From Candidatus Sigynarchaeum calidifontis (GTDB lineage Archaea > Asgardarchaeota > Lokiarchaeia > Sigyniarchaeales > Sigyniarchaeaceae), in contig JAUQYZ020000193.1 of the NCBI GenBank assembly GCA_030587475.2, positions 1 through 35,418 of the forward strand: 35,418 bases of DNA. Reading direction: 5' to 3'. Made by a program: the position numbers and the translations under genes. Below the pieces are notes generated by a model. It was not told the DNA's origin. It saw only the letters and a list, made by a program, of their open reading frames with translations, and searched no databases. Below, one piece after another: positions 8,967 through 17,831 of this stretch (positions are counted from its first letter, which is position 1; each line of letters begins with the position of its first letter).

Positions 8967-11597
8967 ATGAAACCGATAGAAAGATTGCCTATCGGGGGCA
9001 CGTGGACGCTCGTGCACGAGGACGGCGCTATTTCGGCACCGATACAAGTACCAGGATCTGTATTCGAAGCACTCATCGATGCGGGTACAATTGAAGACCC
9101 CTTTTACGGGGAAAACGAGCACCAGATGTCGTGGGTCTACGAGTCCGACTGGCATTTCGAGACATCAATTGATCTTCCGGAACAATTTCTCCAACACGAT
9201 CGGATCATCTTGCGCTGTCGCGGCATCGACACGTTCTCTGAAATCCGCATCAACGACATCCTCGTCGGCACCACGGCGAACATGCACGTTTGTTACGATT
9301 TTAACGTGAAGGAACATCTCAAAGCAGGCAAAAATTTCGTCAAGATCACGATTCAAAGTCCGACCAAGGCCGCGCGCGCCGAAAAAAAAAAGCACGGTAT
9401 CAACTTGCGAACGCTCTTTGCGATACCCGGGGCTCCGTATATAAGAAAAGCGCAGTTTTCATTCGGTTGGGATTGGGGGCCGAAACTTCCCGACATGTCT
9501 ATTTGGCAACCGGTCGAGCTGGTTGCACTCGATGGCATTGCCATAGATTCCGTATTCCCGGTCCAATCATTCACGTTTAGCAAGGTTCCACTGGCAATCG
9601 CCGACCCGGCGTCCATCCCGACGATCACCGTGGAGCAAGTGGCCATCAAGGTGAACGTCGAGCTGGCCATCACGGGCACGATGAATGCGGGCCATGACTT
9701 TACCATCAAGGCCGAGTTGCGATCGCCGGACGGCCGCTCGTTCGAAGCCACGGCGCCCGTGGACGGGCCTCGCCTCTCGTTGGATTTCAAGATCCCGAAA
9801 CCCGCGTTGTGGTGGACGCACGATCTCGGAAAGCCGGCGTTACACGACTTGACGGTCACGCTCCAGAAGCGCAACGAGACCATCGGCGAGGTCACGCAGA
9901 AGATCGGGCTCCGGGACATCAAGCTCGTACGTCGCCCAGACAAGTGGGGAGAAACATTTTTCTTCATGCTCAACGGCGTGCCCGTGTTCGCGAAGGGCGC
10001 GAACTGGGTGCCTGTTGACAGCTTCATCCCCCGGGGCAAGCGCCTCGGGCTGTACCAGTCCTTGCTTGCCGCCGCCAAGGAGGCAAACATGAACTTCTTG
10101 CGCGTGTGGGGCGGCGGTCTCTACGAGGATGATTTATTCTTCGACACGTGCGACGAGCTCGGGATACTCGTCTGGCAAGATTTCCCGTTCGCGTGCGCCG
10201 TGTACCCGCCTACCAAGGATTTCGTTGACATTATCCGCACGGAGGCAGCGCTGAACATCAAGCGGCTCCGGCACCACGCGAGCCTCGCCGTGTGGACCGG
10301 AAACAACGAGGTGGAGCAAGGATTCCTCGGCATGCTCCTCCTTTCCATCATGCCGCGGTTCTGGCTGGCAAAAAAGTTCAAGCGTGCGTACCTGGAACTG
10401 TTCGAGCAAGTCTTGCCGGCCATCGTGGCGGAGCTCGATCCGACCCGTTCCTACTGGCCAAGCTCGCCCTCCAATGGCGGCGGCGACCGTCCCCGGGGTT
10501 TCCTTGCATCGAACGATCCGAACGTGGGGGACTCCCACTTCTGGAAAGTGTGGCATCTGGGAGCCCCGTTCAGCGAGTATCGCAAGTTCGATTCCCGGTT
10601 CATGTCCGAGTTCGGTTTCGAATCGTTCCCCCACGTGAGAACCATCGCCGCGTTCTGCCCGCCTGAACAATATGCGTTCGACTCGCCCGTCATGAACAAC
10701 CACCAGAAGATGCTCAATGGCAATCGCAAGATCATGGGGTACATGAAGCGACGGTTCGATATCCCGGCCGATTTCCACAAGCAAATCTTGCTCTCCCAAA
10801 TCGTGCAGGCCGAGGCTATTGAATACGGCGTCGAACATTGGCGCAGGAATCGCAACGAACAACACTGCATGGGCTCGCTATATTGGCAACTTAATGACTG
10901 CTGGCCCGTGGCGAGCTGGTCATCGATCGACTATTTCGGAAGGTGGAAAGCACTTCATTACTTCGCGAAGCGATTCTACGCACCATTCACGGCCAGCGTG
11001 AAGGAGGACCGAGATATCACCGAGATCTGGGTGATAAACGACCGCCGGGGCGTGCGACACGGAAAGATCTCGTGGAAGATAGTGGACGCGAGTGGGAAAC
11101 AATTGCTTTCCGGGTCGAAGGACGTGGAAGTTCCCCCTTGCAGCTCGATGCTCGCGGAGCGAATCGACACGGCAACCATCAACAAGGATGACGATGCGAT
11201 GAACGCGCACGTGGTGCTCTACACGCTCGAGCCAGCTGCGGGATCGGGAGAATCGGCAATCCGGGGCTTCCGGCTGTTTGGCAAGCCGCGCGACTTCCCT
11301 GCACGCGATCCCCGCCTCTCGTGGCACGTGGAAAAAGCCGCGAATGGAGCGAACGGGAAGTGGGATTTCGACGTCGTCATCGAATCCGATCAAATCGCCT
11401 TGTTCGTGTACATCGAACCAGTGGATGTCGACTTCATCGCAGCGGACAACTTTTTTGCCATGGAGCCTGGCGAGAAGCGGCACGTTCCCATTCGGCTCGT
11501 GAAACCGACCGGCTCGACCGATGAAGATGTGTTGCCTGAAAAGGCCGAGGATGTCGAGGCATCGATAGCAATCGGGTCGCTCCATGATCTGAAGTGA
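8967..11597 (+). CDS. Beta-mannosidase, glycoside hydrolase family 2
   Basis: Motifs VPGSV, GIDT, IRKAQFSFGWDWGP, KGANWVP, NFLRVWGGG, WQDFPFAC, WTGNNE (acid/base), MSEFG (nucleophile) and YWQLNDCWP. Likely start MKPIERL at 8967. Confidence 0.92.
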   Translation: MKPIERLPIGGTWTLVHEDGAISAPIQVPGSVFEALIDAGTIEDPFYGENEHQMSWVYESDWHFETSIDLPEQFLQHDRIILRCRGIDTFSEIRINDILVGTTANMHVCYDFNVKEHLKAGKNFVKITIQSPTKAARAEKKKHGINLRTLFAIPGAPYIRKAQFSFGWDWGPKLPDMSIWQPVELVALDGIAIDSVFPVQSFTFSKVPLAIADPASIPTITVEQVAIKVNVELAITGTMNAGHDFTIKAELRSPDGRSFEATAPVDGPRLSLDFKIPKPALWWTHDLGKPALHDLTVTLQKRNETIGEVTQKIGLRDIKLVRRPDKWGETFFFMLNGVPVFAKGANWVPVDSFIPRGKRLGLYQSLLAAAKEANMNFLRVWGGGLYEDDLFFDTCDELGILVWQDFPFACAVYPPTKDFVDIIRTEAALNIKRLRHHASLAVWTGNNEVEQGFLGMLLLSIMPRFWLAKKFKRAYLELFEQVLPAIVAELDPTRSYWPSSPSNGGGDRPRGFLASNDPNVGDSHFWKVWHLGAPFSEYRKFDSRFMSEFGFESFPHVRTIAAFCPPEQYAFDSPVMNNHQKMLNGNRKIMGYMKRRFDIPADFHKQILLSQIVQAEAIEYGVEHWRRNRNEQHCMGSLYWQLNDCWPVASWSSIDYFGRWKALHYFAKRFYAPFTASVKEDRDITEIWVINDRRGVRHGKISWKIVDASGKQLLSGSKDVEVPPCSSMLAERIDTATINKDDDAMNAHVVLYTLEPAAGSGESAIRGFRLFGKPRDFPARDPRLSWHVEKAANGANGKWDFDVVIESDQIALFVYIEPVDVDFIAADNFFAMEPGEKRHVPIRLVKPTGSTDEDVLPEKAEDVEASIAIGSLHDLK

Positions 11598-12502
11598 TTG
11601 GCATGACCGCGATCGGCGTGATCGGGACGGGACTCGTGGGTTCGGGCCTCGCGACGTTGCTGGCAGCCGCGGGGTTTTCGGTCGTCGCGTACGATATCAT
11701 CCCAGAGAAGGTGAAGGCGCTCGAGCCACGTGGCGTCGTGCCAGCCAAGAACCCTGCAGATGTCGCGGCGCGTGGAGAACGCGTGATCTTGTCCCTCATG
11801 ACGCCGGCCATCATCCACGACGTGCTATTCGGGAAGGACGGCATCGTGGCCTCGACGAAACTGCCCAAGATCATCATCGACACGAGCACCGGCTCGCCCG
11901 ACGACGCGGCACGGTTCCAGCGAGAACTGGCAGTGAAGGGCATCGAGTACCTGGAAGCCCCGATATCCGGCACGAGCGTCCAGATCGGTAACAAGGAAGG
12001 GGTTTTCCTCGTCGGGGGCAATATCGAAGCGTTCCAAGCGTGCAAGGATATCTTTGACGCCCTCGGGGGGAAGGTAATCCATCTAGGCGCTGCCGGGAAC
12101 GGGGCGCGGGCCAAGCTTGCGATCAACCTGGTGCTGGGACTCAATCGCGCTGCGCTCGCAGAGGGACTCGTGTTCGCGTCCGGGCTGGGCATCGATGGCA
12201 AGACCTTTCTCGATTTGCTCAAGCTTACCCCGGCACGTTCGGCGGTCGCCGACCTCAAGGGGCCGAAGATGGTGTCGGGCGACTTCACGACCCAGGGAAA
12301 ACTCGCCCAGCACCGCAAGGACGTCGAGTTGATGATCGAGGCCGCGCACAAGGCAGGGCACACGCTGCCCTTCACAGAATTCCACGCCAAGCTGCTCGAC
12401 GACGCGATCGCAGCCGGGGATGGCGACCTGGACAACAGCGCCATCATCAAGGAGATCCGGCGGCGGTGGGACGGGGAACGAGGCCAAAAGAACGCTATGT
12501 AG
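11594..12502 (+). CDS. NAD(P)-dependent beta-hydroxyacid dehydrogenase (3-hydroxyisobutyrate dehydrogenase family)
   Basis: Motifs IGVIGTGLVG, IDTST, EAPISG, AKLAIN and KDVEL; GTGA start/stop overlap with the GH2 gene. Confidence 0.88.
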   Translation: MIGMTAIGVIGTGLVGSGLATLLAAAGFSVVAYDIIPEKVKALEPRGVVPAKNPADVAARGERVILSLMTPAIIHDVLFGKDGIVASTKLPKIIIDTSTGSPDDAARFQRELAVKGIEYLEAPISGTSVQIGNKEGVFLVGGNIEAFQACKDIFDALGGKVIHLGAAGNGARAKLAINLVLGLNRAALAEGLVFASGLGIDGKTFLDLLKLTPARSAVADLKGPKMVSGDFTTQGKLAQHRKDVELMIEAAHKAGHTLPFTEFHAKLLDDAIAAGDGDLDNSAIIKEIRRRWDGERGQKNAM

Positions 12503-12556
12503 GAACATGACATAGCAATGGCTTTTATTCTGGAGCGGGCATAACCCGTCAGAACG

Positions 12557-13489
12557 ATGAACGGTAAAGAGTTAGCCAGAATTCCTTTACAGATCGGCGA
12601 GGTCATTGCCAATTTCGCAAAGATGGGCATCGCTGGCATTCCCGTGGCGGTAAATTTCGATATCACCTACAACTGCAACCTGCGATGCGAGCATTGCTAT
12701 TATTGGGCCTCGATTGCAGCCCTAGGTATCAAGAAGTGGGAACTCTCGGACGAGCAGTGGATCAATGTCTTCAAATACTATCAGAAGCTCGGCGTGCGGA
12801 ATGTCTCGCTCACGGGGGGCGAGCCAACCCTTCGCATGAACTTGATCAAGGAAGCACACAAGTACTTCTCGCAAGTCCAGACGGCCACGAACGGCATCAT
12901 TCGCATCCCCCGAAGCGTGCAACCAAGAGGCATCTGGCTCTCGATCGATGGCCCCGAGGAGATTCACAATAAAATCCGCGGCTCCAAGAATTGTTTCCAG
13001 AAACTCGTTGCTAACTATCAAGACGACAAGCGCGTCGCCGTCAGCTCGACGATCTCGACGACCAATTACAAGTACATCGAGGCCATCGTGAAGATCGTTC
13101 AAGATCTCAACGTGAATGGCGTGTTTTTCATGCTCTATTCAGGAACGAAAGATAGCCCGCTGCTCCCGACCGGCAAGGTTTACGCCAAGGTCATGGCCGA
13201 TCTCGCCCGCGTGGTACGAGAATATCCCGACGTGGTGCTCATGACCGAAGACATGCTGCAGGCCTATCACAACAAGCAGCACGTCAAGAGCTGCCCGTTC
13301 CTCGACCACGGGAAGCGTGCGAGCGTGTTCTCCTTTTACGCCGACATGACCAAGAAGCGCTGCGTGCTGGGTGACAACGTCAACTGCGCGACGTGCAGCT
13401 GCATCGTGCCCGTGGGAACGTACGTGCTCCAGCACCACACGGCAAACCTGGAAAACTATCGAAAAATCATGACGATCCTGGGGCTGTGA
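12557..13489 (+). CDS. Radical SAM protein with a C-terminal Cys cluster
   Basis: CNLRCEHC (CxxxCxxC), TGGEP, TNG and SIDG; C-terminal CPF...RCVLG..NCATCSC. Confidence 0.9.
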   Translation: MNGKELARIPLQIGEVIANFAKMGIAGIPVAVNFDITYNCNLRCEHCYYWASIAALGIKKWELSDEQWINVFKYYQKLGVRNVSLTGGEPTLRMNLIKEAHKYFSQVQTATNGIIRIPRSVQPRGIWLSIDGPEEIHNKIRGSKNCFQKLVANYQDDKRVAVSSTISTTNYKYIEAIVKIVQDLNVNGVFFMLYSGTKDSPLLPTGKVYAKVMADLARVVREYPDVVLMTEDMLQAYHNKQHVKSCPFLDHGKRASVFSFYADMTKKRCVLGDNVNCATCSCIVPVGTYVLQHHTANLENYRKIMTILGL

Positions 13490-13498
13490 GTCCCCGGT

Positions 13499-13792
13499 TC
13501 AAAGGATCGCCTTGATCTCGTCCCTGAGGCGCTCGTTCGCGATCGAAGTCATGTATTCGAGGCGACGCGTTCTTGCCATACTTGGCAATTTTGCCTCGAT
13601 GGATGCCCTTTCGGCCCGCATGCTCGCGATTGCCCGGACGATGGCTGCCTTGAAGGATTTCAAGCTAGGACTCTTTTCAATTTCGGCGATGGCTTCTTGA
13701 AGATCCTCGATGATGTCGTTGATGTCTTCCCAGGCCAACATTGCTGCTTCCATCGTCTTGTCCTCCAACGCTTGATCACCAATTCGTGTCAT
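13499..13792 (-). CDS. Hypothetical helical protein
   Basis: 97-aa ORF with amphipathic, coiled-coil-like composition, filling the gap 10 bp downstream of the YHS gene. Confidence 0.6.
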   Translation of the reverse strand: MTRIGDQALEDKTMEAAMLAWEDINDIIEDLQEAIAEIEKSPSLKSFKAAIVRAIASMRAERASIEAKLPSMARTRRLEYMTSIANERLRDEIKAIL

Positions 13793-13802
13793 TTGTTGCT
13801 CG

Positions 13803-14018
13803 TTACCACCGCCTCGCTACCGGGCGGCAATTCGGGCGAACCTTGTAGACCTTCCTCTGGTCATGGTCGACACGCTTCACCGTGTATAGATCGCGAGCGT
13901 GCTCGAAGGAATGCTTGCATTCTTCCGAACAGAAAAAGAAGGCGCGGCTATTCATGAAAGTGACGAAACGCGTGTCGTCGTCGATGATTCGCTTGCACGT
14001 CGGATCTTGGTGTTTCAT
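13803..14018 (-). CDS. YHS/TRASH domain protein
   Basis: DPTC...FFFCSEECKHSF matches the DPxC...yyFCSxxCxxxF pattern. Confidence 0.75.
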   Translation of the reverse strand: MKHQDPTCKRIIDDDTRFVTFMNSRAFFFCSEECKHSFEHARDLYTVKRVDHDQRKVYKVRPNCRPVARRW

Positions 14019-14375
14019 TGCATCACCTTGGTTGAATTATTCCCCTTTTTTGGAAAGGGAACGGACGGATGGCTCTTTTTTCAAACGGGGCGCGGATTGT
14101 GTGTTCGCGACCTGTGTTGTGTGTTCATTTTTCCACAGATGATGTGTACTACTTGTTCCTTGTATTAATAAATCTTGCCTTTATTCAACATTTGTGAACC
14201 CACGAAAATGGGAAGAAATAGATTGCATGCATCAAGCGTCGGTATCTACCCACGTAACGATAACGACAAGGATCGCGCGGAGAAAGCGATTTGTTACAAC
14301 TAATGGAAAATGCCTACTTCCATTTCCATCCCCCTTTGGTGAATGGTATAAAAGCGTTTAATCGAAAACCATATT

Positions 14376-15188
14376 ATGAACCAAAAAAACTTCATGGGCT
14401 GGGAAAAACCCGGTACATCCTTGATAACGGGTGCATCGAGCGGAATCGGTGCTGAATTTGCACGCCAGTTAGCTTCCCAGGGTTTTAAACTCGTCGTGGT
14501 CGCACGACGGAAGGAAATGCTCGACCAGATTAAAAAAGAAGTGGAAAATAAATACAATGCACGCGTGGAGGTCGTCATCGCGGACCTCGCGAAGCAAGAG
14601 GACATCGACCTCGTCGTGAATTGTATCAAGCGGCTGGACGATCTCGATGTCTTGATCAACAATGCGGGCTTTGGAATCCCCGGCGGTTTCGTGAACTGTG
14701 ATTTCAAACGCCTTTTGGACATGATTACTGTTCATGATTTAGCCCCGGTGCACTTGTGCAGGGCCGCCATTCCCGGGATGATCGCTCGGGGTCGCGGAGC
14801 CATCGTGAACACGGCGTCGCTCGCCGCGTTCAATCCCGCCCCGGGCATGTACTCGCCAACGAAAGCGTTCCTGGTATCCCTGTCTGAATGCCTCAATCTG
14901 GAGCTCAAGGGAACGGGGATCCGCGTCCAGGCCTTGTGCCCGGGCTTCACGCACACGGGTTTCCACGACACGAGCGACGAGCTCAAGAAACTGAAAGCCT
15001 CGCTCCCGAAGGGTATTTGGGGAACTCCGACGAGCGTCGTGAAAGCAGCCCTCGCCGGGTTGCGCAAGGGGAAAGACGTCGTGATTCCCGGCGCCGTCAA
15101 CAAGTTCATGATGTCCTTCCCGAAAGGCTTCAGGAAATGGGTCACATCGAGGAAGAAAGAAGAGCTATCGGGAGCCCAAAATATCTAG
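14376..15188 (+). CDS. Short-chain dehydrogenase/reductase
   Basis: Motifs TGASSGIG, LINNAG, YSPTK (YxxxK) and LCPGFTHT. Confidence 0.93.
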   Translation: MNQKNFMGWEKPGTSLITGASSGIGAEFARQLASQGFKLVVVARRKEMLDQIKKEVENKYNARVEVVIADLAKQEDIDLVVNCIKRLDDLDVLINNAGFGIPGGFVNCDFKRLLDMITVHDLAPVHLCRAAIPGMIARGRGAIVNTASLAAFNPAPGMYSPTKAFLVSLSECLNLELKGTGIRVQALCPGFTHTGFHDTSDELKKLKASLPKGIWGTPTSVVKAALAGLRKGKDVVIPGAVNKFMMSFPKGFRKWVTSRKKEELSGAQNI

Positions 15189-15207
15189 GGCAGGGAGAGA
15201 GATCTCG

Positions 15208-15597
15208 GTCGGGGAATATGCCCCGGGAGAGAAACATCCGGCGGAATGGGGCGCAATCGACGTTCTGCGCGTCGAGCCTGGCTTCGAGTTGCTCCGGCGG
15301 ATCCCCGGCTATCGAGATAAGCCAGTCGACGTGAGCGTGGAGTGGAAACACAAGGAGGAGATCAAGGATGACGAGTTGTTTGACTTGCAGTTTCTCCTTT
15401 TCGCGTCCACGCCCGCGTGCAAAATCCAGGCCATCAAGCATATCGACAAGCCCTTGTTCGGCTTGCAGTTCCATCCCGAAACAAGTGTTGCGACGGTTCT
15501 CCGCAACGGCAGGTCACCGCGCCAGGACGGGGAAACCATCCTGCACGGCTTTCTCGATATCGTCGTCGATGCTGCAATTGAACGAGATACGACGTAA
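15208..15597 (+). pseudogene. 5'-truncated class I glutamine amidotransferase (GMP synthase subunit A-like), C-terminal half only
   Basis: In-frame VGEYAPGEKHPAEWG...WKHKEEI...ASTPACKIQAIKHIDKPLFGLQFHPE. The HPE motif is kept; the N-terminal half with the catalytic Cys (GIC.GHQ) and an ATG start are missing. Confidence 0.7.
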
Positions 15598-15599
15598 GT

Positions 15600-16496
15600 T
15601 CACGTCTCGATCACGAGGCCATCGTACGTGACCTCGATGCCGTGCGGGGACATGATTTTCACGATGTCGTCGTACACGACGTTCCACTGGTGCGAGAAGT
15701 GGTGCGCAAAGAACCTGGCCCCGGGAGAAAGGAGACCGCGGGAGATAAATTCCGCGTGGGTCGCGAGGAAGCTCTCGTTCGAGTGGTGCCCGCCGCCACC
15801 AGGCTTGAGGCCGACCGTGCAGTCGAGCGCGACCACGTCCATCTTGATGCCCAGGGACTCGATGTACGCCCATTCTGACTTGGCCCACACGCCAGTGTCT
15901 GTTCCGTAGAGGAAGCGGGTCTTTCCGTCGTCGATGATATAGTTGAGACTGAGCTCGGGCTCCTTGTGATGGGCGTGGATCGTGTAGACCTTGTAACGGC
16001 CGACGTCGAGGGCTTGATGCGGCTCGATGACGCGGGTCTGCATCAGGAGGTAGTCGCTCAGTTCGTCGATGATCTCCTCGCGGGTGGGTTTGATGGTGAA
16101 GCTTTTCTTTTCACCGAAGGTTTCCATCAAGACGTCGCGCATCTGCTCGATGACCATCGCGATGCTGTCTTGGTTTCCCCACACGGTCATCATGACCAAT
16201 TTACCGTGTTGCCGCGAGTCCAGCTTCCGGTGCCGCACGTCTTGCATATAGAGGTGATCTTGATGGCTGTGCGTTATCAAAACGTCCTTGATCTTCGTGA
16301 GATCGACGTTGAACCGCACGCATTGCGGGGACGTGTCCGGTCCGTAGTCGATGAGCAAGTCCTCATTCACCAGGGCACTCGACCGGCACCGTAGGTTTCT
16401 ACCACCCAGATCGCGAGCCCTTTGGCACACCTTGCAATTGCAGTACAACGCAGGGAATGCCTCGGCCGCCCCGGTACCCAGGAACGTGATGCGCAT
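15600..16496 (-). CDS. MBL-fold metallo-hydrolase (PhnP-like)
   Basis: MRITFLGTG, CNCKVC, IDYGPD, THSHQDH, YGTDTG, GHHS and HHFSH; ATG at 16496. Confidence 0.88.
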   Translation of the reverse strand: MRITFLGTGAAEAFPALYCNCKVCQRARDLGGRNLRCRSSALVNEDLLIDYGPDTSPQCVRFNVDLTKIKDVLITHSHQDHLYMQDVRHRKLDSRQHGKLVMMTVWGNQDSIAMVIEQMRDVLMETFGEKKSFTIKPTREEIIDELSDYLLMQTRVIEPHQALDVGRYKVYTIHAHHKEPELSLNYIIDDGKTRFLYGTDTGVWAKSEWAYIESLGIKMDVVALDCTVGLKPGGGGHHSNESFLATHAEFISRGLLSPGARFFAHHFSHQWNVVYDDIVKIMSPHGIEVTYDGLVIET

Positions 16497-16680
16497 GCTT
16501 TTAAGAAGGTACCGGTTTTTTTTTAAGTTCATTAATATAAATCCACAGGTTTTTGTGTGTTCATTTTATACCCCCGGCTTATCGTTCATTACCACACGAA
16601 ATTTATACTAGTTTGCCAATTCTGTAGTTGGTCATCCAAATTGCAGTATCAAATTAATACAAGATTGTGGCAACGCCACA

Positions 16681-16695
16681 TAACCTTAAATAACC
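16681..16695 (+). promoter_or_regulatory. Candidate archaeal BRE/TATA promoter
   Basis: TAACCTTAAATAACC in the AT-rich divergent intergenic region upstream of the proline-rich gene. Confidence 0.45.
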
Positions 16696-16810
16696 GTGTT
16701 ATAGAGTAAGTAGCGGAAAATCCGGGAAATACATCTATCGTGTAATGGCATTACACGTTAATATGGTTAATCAAACAGGCAAGGCCATCCAATACAAATA
16801 GCGTGGTTGC

Positions 16811-17779
16811 ATGGTCATCATCCAGAATAACTCGTCGAAGGATTGCGCAATGGCAAATTGGACCGAAGGGTTGGGCACACTCAATACCGAATTGCTTAAG
16901 AAACGTGAGCAACTTATTGCTGACGGTCAAAAGTTTTTCGAAGCTGGAGATTACGAGCATTGCTACGATAGTCTCCGCGCGGCGTACGAGATTTCGGCGC
17001 AATTAAAAGACAAGGAGTCGATGAAATTCATCAAGGGACGCATGGAGGAGGTCGACAAGCATCAGAAAACCGACTTCGTGGAAAAACTCACGAGCACGTT
17101 CCGCAGCGCGGGCAACAAGAAACGCACGCAAGAAGAGCTCACCGAGGGCCTGGCGAGCGCCGTTGAAATCTTGATGAATGGCGCCTTCACGCTTGAAGAC
17201 AAACTGCTTGAAATCAACAAGGCACTCACCGAAAAAATTACCGGCCTTGAAGAGCGCTTGAAAATGCGCGAGCAATTGTCAGAAGCCATGGCGGAGCAGA
17301 TCGGTAGCCTGACAAAAAAGATCGACGAGCTCACCGAGAAACTTGCCAGCGCTGCCTCAGCACCCGCGATGGCAGCACCGGCACAATCGGTCCCTGGCAT
17401 GCAGCCATCCATGGGTGTAGCTCAAGGAAACATGCCGCTCGCGATGGCAATGCCGCCGGGGATGCAGCCGGGCGTGCCACCAGGCGTAGGCGCGCCGCCC
17501 GTGCCCGGCGTGCCACCAGGCGTGGGCGCGCCGCCCGTGCCCGGCGTGAAGGGACCACCATCATTGCCACTAGGTGCTCCTGGCAGCATTGGTCCCCCGC
17601 CGGGCATGGCCCCGCCCGGGTGCATGGGGCCCCCGCCAAGCATGGGGCCGCCTGGTGCCCCGCCGCCGAAGACTGCCATCGAGGCGAAAATGCCGGAAAG
17701 GCCGATGGATCTCCGGGGCTCGTTGGTCAGCGAGCTAAATGGGGTCCTGGCCAAGCGCAGGAAGGCACTGGAAGAGTAA
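16811..17779 (+). CDS. Coiled-coil, proline-rich protein with a C-terminal Ena/VASP-FAB/WH2-like motif; putative actin regulator
   Basis: N-terminal TPR/MIT-like helices (LIADGQKFFEAGDYEHCYDSLRAAYEISAQL); heptad region (LEDKLLEINKALTEKITGLEERL...IGSLTKKIDELTEKL); ~100-aa Pro/Gly/Met tract; terminal RGSLVSELNGVLAKRRKALEE. Start may be the ATG at 16850. The CDS is well supported; the function is inferred. Confidence 0.7.
   Translation: MVIIQNNSSKDCAMANWTEGLGTLNTELLKKREQLIADGQKFFEAGDYEHCYDSLRAAYEISAQLKDKESMKFIKGRMEEVDKHQKTDFVEKLTSTFRSAGNKKRTQEELTEGLASAVEILMNGAFTLEDKLLEINKALTEKITGLEERLKMREQLSEAMAEQIGSLTKKIDELTEKLASAASAPAMAAPAQSVPGMQPSMGVAQGNMPLAMAMPPGMQPGVPPGVGAPPVPGVPPGVGAPPVPGVKGPPSLPLGAPGSIGPPPGMAPPGCMGPPPSMGPPGAPPPKTAIEAKMPERPMDLRGSLVSELNGVLAKRRKALEE
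17471..17548 (+). repeat. 36-bp in-frame tandem repeat (two copies plus a partial third)
   Basis: GGCGTGCCACCAGGCGT[A/G]GGCGCGCCGCCCGTGCCC twice, then GGCGTG; 35/36 identical; encodes GVPPGVGAPPVP. Confidence 0.95.
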
Positions 17780-17831
17780 AAACACGTCTCGTTATTCTAT
17801 AGCCTCTTGATTCCTCGCGGGATCGAACAAA

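Noticed and set aside
16745-16810. In-frame upstream ATG with a TAG at 16799-16801 before the proline-rich gene (possible readthrough or uORF)
   Set aside because: An 18-codon ORF is expected by chance in AT-rich intergenic DNA; there is no pyrrolysine machinery in the window or other support.
17380-17670. Collagen-like or formin FH1/FH2 assignment for the proline-rich protein
   Set aside because: No sustained Gly-X-Y periodicity, no long poly-Pro runs and no room for an FH2 domain.
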